In this document: positions 58,890 through 64,000 of the stretch, one piece after another
How positions within the stretch are numbered: position 1 is the stretch's first letter
How the letters are laid out: each line of letters opens with the position of its first letter
Origin: Candidatus Woesebacteria bacterium
Lineage (GTDB): Bacteria > Patescibacteriota > Microgenomatia > UBA8517
NCBI GenBank assembly: GCA_020060565.1
Contig: JAGVAE010000002.1
Span: 179,255-243,254 of the forward strand
Direction of reading: 5' to 3'
DNA length: 64,000 nucleotides
Made by a program: the position numbers and the translations under genes
Notes under the pieces: generated by a model
What the model was told of the DNA's origin: nothing
The model's database searches: none
The model's input: only the letters and a program-made list of their open reading frames with translations

Positions 58890-59689
58890 ATAAGTACCTA
58901 TCCATTTTCAAAATTTCTTTTCAAGAAGAGTTTGTATATAAATTAAACTTTGTAATGTGGAGAGTACGCAATATCTTCCAGATACTTTTGATTTTTTTTC
59001 TTTGGAGCGCGGTTTTTACAGATTCTCAAACTGTTATTTTTGGTTATGATAAAGCTAAAATACTGACATATGTTTTTGGAATAATGATAGTTAGGGCGTT
59101 GGTTATGTCTGCAAGAACATCTGATATGGCAAGCGATATTGCCCGTGGGAATCTCTCAAATTATCTTGTTAAGCCCTTTAGTTATTTTAAATTCTGGTTT
59201 AGTAGGGATATTTCAAGTAAAGCTCTGAATTTAATTTTTGCAGCGGGGGAGTTTGCTATCCTTTATTTAATCCTTGTTCCTCCTTTTTATTTTCAAACAA
59301 ACCCATTAACTCTTTTATGGTTTTTAGTTGGAATAGTCTTAGCAATTTTTATTTATTTTTTTATTCTAATTCTTGTTAGTTCCATTACCTTTTGGTTACC
59401 AGAACTTTCTTGGGGTGGACATTTTTTAATAACAATGGTCATTGTTGAGGCTCTTTCAGGGGCACTTTTTCCTATTAATATTTTGCCTTTAACTCTTCAG
59501 TCTATTGTTATGGCAACACCTTTTCCTTATTTGATTTATTTCCCTGTCCAAATTTATTTAGGAAACATATCAGGACAAGCACTTTTGGGAGGAATGATTA
59601 TGGCTTTTGCTTGGGCTGGAATTCTTTGGTTAATTGCAAACATAGTTTGGCAGAAGGGGCTTAGATCGTACGAATCAATAGGAAGATGA
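58886..59689 (+). CDS. ABC-2 family transporter permease
   Basis: 267 aa with 6 hydrophobic helices; the start ATGA overlaps the ATPase gene. Confidence 0.7.
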   Translation: MNKYLSIFKISFQEEFVYKLNFVMWRVRNIFQILLIFFLWSAVFTDSQTVIFGYDKAKILTYVFGIMIVRALVMSARTSDMASDIARGNLSNYLVKPFSYFKFWFSRDISSKALNLIFAAGEFAILYLILVPPFYFQTNPLTLLWFLVGIVLAIFIYFFILILVSSITFWLPELSWGGHFLITMVIVEALSGALFPINILPLTLQSIVMATPFPYLIYFPVQIYLGNISGQALLGGMIMAFAWAGILWLIANIVWQKGLRSYESIGR

Positions 59690-60471
59690 TGTTTAAAAAA
59701 TATTTAAAAATTTGGTGGATAATGAGCAGGAATTCTTTTGTGATGGTCATGACACAAAGAGTTTCCTTTTTTACCTTTTTACTTGGGAAAATTATTAGAT
59801 TTTCGTTTTTCTTTATTTTCCTTTTCTTTATTCTTCAGGGAGCCAAGACTTTGGCTGGGTATGGAGCCAATGAAATAATATTTTTCTTTTTAACATTTAA
59901 TTTCATTGATATAGTTTCGCAGTTTTTATTTAGGGAAGTTTATCGTTTTCAGCCAATGGTAGTTTCGGGAGACTTTGATTTTGTAATGGCTAAGCCAATC
60001 AGTCCACTCTTTAGAGTTCTTATGGGAGGGGCTGATGTTGTTGATTTGATTACTATTCCACCACTATTGGTTGCATTGGTTTATTTTGGAAGTTTACTAC
60101 ATCCAAGTGTAATAGAAAGCGTACTGTATGTTGCACTTGTTCTCAATGGTTTATTAATAGCAACAGCGTTTCATATCATTATTTTGTCTCTTGCAATAAT
60201 CTCTACAGAGATTGATCACATGGTTATTATTTATAGAGATATAACAAGTTTGGGTAGATTTCCAGTTGATATTTACAAACAACCCCTTCAGGCATTTCTG
60301 ACATATATTATTCCAATTGGTGTAATGGTGACGGTTCCCGCAAAAATCATGATGGGGGTAGTTGGTTTGTGGGGAGTGGTTAGTGCGTTTATAGTAGGAA
60401 TTGTGTCAATTTTTGTAGCCTTAAAATTTTGGAATTTTGCATTAACGAAGTACACCAGTGCATCTAGTTAA
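59686..60471 (+). CDS. ABC-2 family transporter permease (second subunit)
   Basis: 261 aa, polytopic; ATGA overlap with the preceding permease. Confidence 0.7.
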   Translation: MMFKKYLKIWWIMSRNSFVMVMTQRVSFFTFLLGKIIRFSFFFIFLFFILQGAKTLAGYGANEIIFFFLTFNFIDIVSQFLFREVYRFQPMVVSGDFDFVMAKPISPLFRVLMGGADVVDLITIPPLLVALVYFGSLLHPSVIESVLYVALVLNGLLIATAFHIIILSLAIISTEIDHMVIIYRDITSLGRFPVDIYKQPLQAFLTYIIPIGVMVTVPAKIMMGVVGLWGVVSAFIVGIVSIFVALKFWNFALTKYTSASS

Positions 60472-60497
60472 CTATCTAACTATCTAATTATTTAACA

Positions 60498-61493
60498 ATG
60501 AACAAATTATTAATAATTTGTGGTCCAACCGCAACAGGTAAAACTAGACTTGGAATCTCCTTGGCCAAAAAATTTAATGGGGAAATTGTTTCAGCTGATT
60601 CTCGTCAAGTTTTTGTTGGTATGGATATAGGAACGGGCAAGGATCTGCCCGCAAACTCTAAACTCCAAACCCTAAACTCTAAATTAGGATTTAGAAATTC
60701 GGATTTAGGATTTTACCTGATTCAAGGAATCAGGTTGTGGGGTTATGATTTAGTTTCCCCTAAAGATGAATTCAGTGTTTCCAAATATTTAAGGTGTGTT
60801 CAGAAAGTAATTGGGGATATTGAAAAGAGGGGCAAGCTTCCTATCTTGGTTGGCGGAACGGGATTATATATAAAAGGTGTGGTTGATGGAATACCAACGG
60901 TGGATATTCCACGTAATAAAAAATTAAGGGAAAACCTGGAAAAACTAACGGCTGATGAAATGTATGAACACCTTTCCCAAATTGACTCTTTTCGTGCCGG
61001 AGCAATGAATTCATCTGACAAGAAAAATCCCAGGCGTCTTATACGTGCAATTGAGGTGGCTATGTGGATGATTGATAACTCACAAAGGAACTTTCCACAA
61101 AATAAGAAAGCATTTAATACTTTGTTTATAGGGCTTTCTGCTCCGAGTGGATATTTGGAGAAAAAAATAAACAAAAGAGTAGAGGCGAGAATTGATATGG
61201 GGTTTGAGAAAGAAGTTGAAAACCTAATTAAATTTGGGGTTGATTGGAATGACCAATCTATGATGTCACTTGGATATAGGCAGTGGAGGGACTTTGCTGA
61301 AGGGGCTGTGGAGAAGGAGCGTGCGGTGTCTGAATGGAAAAAGGAGGAGAGAAAATATGCCAAACGCCAGATTACCTGGTGGAAACGTGATGGGAGGATA
61401 AACTGGTTTGACATTAGAGAGGCCGATTATCCAAAAAAGGTGGAAAATCTGGTCAAAAAGTGGTATAAAGTAAATAATGTTGCGAAAGATTGA
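60498..61493 (+). CDS. miaA: tRNA dimethylallyltransferase with an in-frame low-complexity insertion
   Basis: The P-loop is LIICGPTATGKT; SADSRQVFVGMDIGTGK follows. A ~25-aa insertion (LPANSKLQTLNSKLGFRNSDLGF) is encoded by heptamer repeats. Confidence 0.9.
   Translation: MNKLLIICGPTATGKTRLGISLAKKFNGEIVSADSRQVFVGMDIGTGKDLPANSKLQTLNSKLGFRNSDLGFYLIQGIRLWGYDLVSPKDEFSVSKYLRCVQKVIGDIEKRGKLPILVGGTGLYIKGVVDGIPTVDIPRNKKLRENLEKLTADEMYEHLSQIDSFRAGAMNSSDKKNPRRLIRAIEVAMWMIDNSQRNFPQNKKAFNTLFIGLSAPSGYLEKKINKRVEARIDMGFEKEVENLIKFGVDWNDQSMMSLGYRQWRDFAEGAVEKERAVSEWKKEERKYAKRQITWWKRDGRINWFDIREADYPKKVENLVKKWYKVNNVAKD
60654..60716 (+). repeat. Heptamer tandem repeats in inverted arrangement (AAACYCY x4, then ATTTAGR x4) inside miaA
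   Basis: AAACTCTAAACTCCAAACCCTAAACTCTAAATTAGGATTTAGAAATTCGGATTTAGGATTTTA. The second half is related to the intergenic repeat at 27649-27682. Confidence 0.6.
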
Positions 61494-62451
61494 GATTTCT
61501 CACAAAACCATTATTTTTGCCGTTCTTTTCCTAATTTCTTTAGGATTTCTTTACTTTATTAGAGATATCATCCTTGAGCTTTTTGTGGCGCTTCTATTAA
61601 TGACAATTTTGGAGCCTTTGGTTGGTAAGCTAACTAAAATTAAGGTTCCCAGAGCAATTTCCGTGCTTTTATCATACCTTGTGTTTTTTGGAATTTTTGG
61701 GGGAGTAATTGCTCTTATCGCTCCCCCTTTGATTGAACAGACAACCAGTTTTGCTAATTATATACCTACTTACATCTCTAATATGGGAATAGATCCCGCA
61801 ATTGGGGATCAGGTAATGAAAGAGGCAATAGCTGCGATTGGAAATATTCCATCTCAACTTATTAAGTTTAGTGTTTCACTTTTTTCAAATGTTTTGGCCG
61901 TTCTTACTGTTTTGGCTTTCACTTTTTATTTACTAATGTCCAGAGGAAAACTTAATGAACAACTGAGTTCTTTTTTCGGTACAGCCCAAAAAGAAAAGCT
62001 AATAAATGTTATATATGCTCTTGAGAAAAAACTTGGTGGTTGGGCACGGGGACAGTTAATTCTTATGGTTTTGGTGGGAGTTCTCAATTTCATAGCACTT
62101 ACAATTTTAGGGGTTCCTTTTGCTCTACCTTTGGCTGTTCTATCAGGACTACTTGAAATAATTCCTTATTTAGGACCAATTCTGGGAGCAATTCCTGGAG
62201 TTTTGATTGGTTTTGGCATCTCTCCTCTTACGGGTTTTGGAGTAGCTATTGCAGCCTTTCTTATTCAACAACTTGAGAACTATGTTTTTGTCCCAAAGGT
62301 GATGGAGAAATCAGTAGGTGTGTCTCCAATTATTACAATTTTAGCTTTGGCAATTGGAGGAAGGATTGCTGGTATTGTGGGAATAATCATCTCAGTTCCT
62401 GTGGTTATTACTCTTAACGTTATACTTAAAGAATACTTTGCCAAGGATTAA
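61477..62451 (+). CDS. AI-2E family transporter (PerM/YdiK-like)
   Basis: 324 aa with about 8 TM segments; …LFVALLLMTILEPLVGKLTKIKVPRAISVLLSYLVFFG… is the typical AI-2E architecture. Confidence 0.7.
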   Translation: MLRKIEISHKTIIFAVLFLISLGFLYFIRDIILELFVALLLMTILEPLVGKLTKIKVPRAISVLLSYLVFFGIFGGVIALIAPPLIEQTTSFANYIPTYISNMGIDPAIGDQVMKEAIAAIGNIPSQLIKFSVSLFSNVLAVLTVLAFTFYLLMSRGKLNEQLSSFFGTAQKEKLINVIYALEKKLGGWARGQLILMVLVGVLNFIALTILGVPFALPLAVLSGLLEIIPYLGPILGAIPGVLIGFGISPLTGFGVAIAAFLIQQLENYVFVPKVMEKSVGVSPIITILALAIGGRIAGIVGIIISVPVVITLNVILKEYFAKD

Positions 62452-62460
62452 TTACTCCAC

Positions 62461-62485
62461 AAAAAATCCCGCATGAAAGCGGGAT
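62461..62485. terminator. Bidirectional Rho-independent terminator hairpin
   Basis: AAAAAA-ATCCCGC-ATGAAA-GCGGGAT-CCTTTGT. This gives a U-run on the minus strand (ending the rnpB-side transcript) and a T-rich tail on the plus strand (after the AI-2E gene). Confidence 0.55.
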
Positions 62486-62533
62486 CCTTTGTACTTTAGA
62501 GGTTAGTAAGCAAAGCTTGCTAACTGTTATTTC

Positions 62534-62560
62534 CAAAAAAATACCCACTTGCGTGAGTAT
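62534..62560 (-). terminator. Rho-independent terminator immediately 3' of rnpB
   Basis: Minus strand: AAAUACUCAC-GCAA-GUGGGUAU followed by UUUUUUU. Confidence 0.55.
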
Positions 62561-62564
62561 TTCT

Positions 62565-62912
62565 TTACTTTAGAGGTTAGTAAGCCAGGTTCTGTTTCTC
62601 GATGATCATCCATCTAACGCCCTCGAACTTCGTCCCGCCTCTTGGTTTTACCCAAGATTTTTTAAAAACATTTTTCGCCCGGTAAGGGGCGGGACTTTCG
62701 GAGGTTGCACCGGCGAGGATTGCCTCTTTTCACTCGTTTTCTCCTACCTTTAGGGTAGAAGGCACGACATAGTTTCTGTGGCTCTAGCTGGCGCTTATGC
62801 GCTCAGGCTTACGCCTGACAGCCTGTTTTCTGGTGCCTGGACTTTCCTCCCCGTTAGATAGCGAGCTCTTGCGAGCTCTATCTCACAGGGCGATCATCCT
62901 TCCTCTAAAGTA
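62565..62912 (-). ncRNA. rnpB: RNase P RNA (bacterial type, compact)
   Basis: Minus-strand read: P1 is ACUUUAGAGG…CCUCUAAAGU. P2 is GAUGAUC/GAUCAUC. P3 is a GCAA-tetraloop hairpin. The universal P4 5' strand is GGGGAGGAAAGUCCAGGC, and the 3' strand is GAAACAGAACCUGGCUUAC (consensus ACAGAAcCCGGCUUA). The region is GC-enriched and has several internal helices (GUCCCGCC/GGCGGGAC, CUUGG-GUAAAA-CCAAG). Confidence 0.8.
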
Positions 62913-62917
62913 GAAGC

Positions 62918-62926
62918 ATTATACCA
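62918..62926 (-). promoter_or_regulatory. Extended -10 promoter for rnpB (TGgTATAAT on the minus strand)
   Basis: Minus strand: …AAAAGTGGTATAATGCTTCT|ACUUUAGAGG. The TATAAT ends 6 nt before the P1 5' nucleotide. Confidence 0.45.
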
Positions 62927-62949
62927 CTTTTGGAGTAAAATCTCAGGTT

Positions 62950-63714
62950 TTATGAGACCAAGGTTCCAATTTTTTCACCTCTTAATATTTTTTCCAATTC
63001 TCGAAGTTTTTTAATATTGAAAACAATAATTGGCATTTTGTGTTTTTGACAAAGGGCAAAGGCGGTTGCATCCATTACTTCAAGATGTTTTTCTAATGCT
63101 TCTTGGTAACAGACGTTTTCATACAATTTAGCTTTATTATTCTTTGTTGGATTTTCTGAATAAATTCCATCTACTGAAGAGGCTTTTAAGATAACGTCGC
63201 AATGAAGCTCAATTGCCCTCAGAGCCGCTCCCGAATCGGTTGTAAAAAATGGATGCCCTGTTCCTGCAGTGAGGATTACAATTCTACCCTTTTCCAGATG
63301 TCTTATTGCCCGTCTTCTAATGTAGGGTTCTGCCACCGATTTAATATCAAAAGCTGTCATCATGCGGGTGGGGGCACCAAGACGTTCAAAAGCTTCTTGA
63401 AGAGCCATACCATTCATCACTGTTGCCAACATTCCCATGTAATCAGCCGTTGCCTGATCAACCTTTATGGCCTTTTCTCTTCCTCTAAAGATATTTCCTC
63501 CCCCTATAACAATTGATAGATCGATTTTTGTTTTCTTCCAGATCTTTATAATTTGAGCGGCAATATTCTCGTATGCAGCAAAATTGATACCTTTATCGTC
63601 TTTTTCTGAAAACAATTCCCCCGTAAGTTTTAGAAGTACTTGTTTGTATTTGAGCTTATCGGTTTGCACTGGAGGTATTATACCACCCGATTGGGTATTT
63701 TTCTTATTATTCAT
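62950..63714 (-). CDS. pyrH: UMP kinase
   Basis: …YKQVLLKLTGELF…IVIGGGNIFRG…; 254 aa. Confidence 0.95.
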   Translation of the reverse strand: MNNKKNTQSGGIIPPVQTDKLKYKQVLLKLTGELFSEKDDKGINFAAYENIAAQIIKIWKKTKIDLSIVIGGGNIFRGREKAIKVDQATADYMGMLATVMNGMALQEAFERLGAPTRMMTAFDIKSVAEPYIRRRAIRHLEKGRIVILTAGTGHPFFTTDSGAALRAIELHCDVILKASSVDGIYSENPTKNNKAKLYENVCYQEALEKHLEVMDATAFALCQKHKMPIIVFNIKKLRELEKILRGEKIGTLVS

Positions 63715-63724
63715 GGGTTAGAAT

Positions 63725-64000
63725 ATGACTATGAGAGTTGTTGTTCAAAGAGTGAATAAGGCAAAAGTTACCCTTCGACAAGCTCAGGGCAAGCCAGAGA
63801 AAGTTGTGGGGGAGATTAAAAAGGGGTTTTTAGTTTTGGTGGGATTTAGGAGAGGAGACACTGAAGAACAGGTAAATATCCTAGCAGACAAACTCACAAA
63901 ATTAAGAGTAATGGCTGATTCAGAGGACAAAATGAATTTATCACTAAATGAGGCTGGAGGAAGTGTTTTGGTAGTTTCCCAATTTACCCTTTATGCAGAT
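63725..64000 (+). CDS. dtd: D-aminoacyl-tRNA deacylase (5' part; runs off the window end)
   Basis: MTMRVVVQRVNKAKVTLRQAQ…GFLVLVGFRRGDTEEQVNILADKLTKLRVMADSEDKMNLSLNEAGGSVLVVSQFTLYAD is the DTD signature (SQFTL). The frame is open through position 64000. Confidence 0.8.
   Translation, partial: MTMRVVVQRVNKAKVTLRQAQGKPEKVVGEIKKGFLVLVGFRRGDTEEQVNILADKLTKLRVMADSEDKMNLSLNEAGGSVLVVSQFTLYAD

Noticed and set aside
62640-62720. A second GAAAGUCC box (CCUCCGAAAGUCCCGCC) could indicate two tandem RNase P genes.
   Set aside because: Only one ACAGAAcCUGGCUUA 3' element and one P1 pair exist. The second box is more likely part of an internal helix (GUCCCGCC/GGCGGGAC).
62456-62949. The ~490-nt region without a track ORF could be a CRISPR leader, a degraded mobile element or a pseudogene.
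   Set aside because: No direct-repeat/spacer periodicity is present. The region folds into RNase P RNA with universal P4 sequences on the minus strand.
63202-63516. Plus-strand 104-aa Cys/His-rich ORF.
   Set aside because: It lies entirely antisense within pyrH, whose UMP-kinase motifs are unambiguous.

Overview
This ~64 kb window comes from a low-GC, small-genome bacterium whose gene content resembles Candidate Phyla Radiation (Patescibacteria) lineages. Supporting signs: no rpmD (L30) between rpsE and rplO; AlaRS lacks the C-Ala domain; RNase Y lacks its N-terminal membrane anchor; Shine-Dalgarno use is weak; a sortase is present; many ribosomal proteins carry lineage-specific extensions. 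Nearly the whole window is core information-processing genes on the + strand. In order: the 3' end of infB, a DHH-like protein, rpsO and pnp (with an RGG-rich tail); then a Lon-derived AAA+ core lacking both the N-domain and the protease domain, a minimal DprA-like SLOG protein, a YfcE-like phosphoesterase, a family-4 uracil-DNA glycosylase and RNase J. Next come ftsK, a RodZ-like protein and alaS; then an actin-like-fold membrane protein, a sortase, ruvX (yqgF), a zinc-ribbon protein and mltG. The rpoB-rpoC-rpsL-rpsG-fusA-tuf / S10 / spc / alpha superoperon follows, ending at rplQ-rplM-rpsI. It is interrupted by lineage-specific insertions at four places (rpsG|fusA, rpsJ|rplC, rplO|secY, secY|adk). 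The window ends with a MazG-like protein, recA-recX-rny-hup, an ABC exporter (one ATPase, two ABC-2 permeases), miaA, an AI-2E transporter, an RNase P RNA on the minus strand that is not in the ORF track, pyrH (minus) and the 5' end of dtd. Not in the ORF track: rpmJ (L36, 37 aa), rnpB, a tRNA-like element, and several promoter-plus-leader-hairpin (attenuator-like) arrangements upstream of rpoB and tuf. Sequence-level oddities: a 23-nt hairpin motif recurring in three r-protein intergenic spacers; telomere-like heptamer repeats both inside miaA and upstream of fusA; an ATGGT/ACCAT repeat array covering the recX start codon; and a duplicated 3' segment of rnpB. I found no CRISPR array, transposase, integrase or classical defence system. 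The most unusual protein-level features are the stand-alone Lon AAA+ core next to a SLOG/DprA-like protein, and the multi-gene insertions inside the universally conserved S10 and spc operons.
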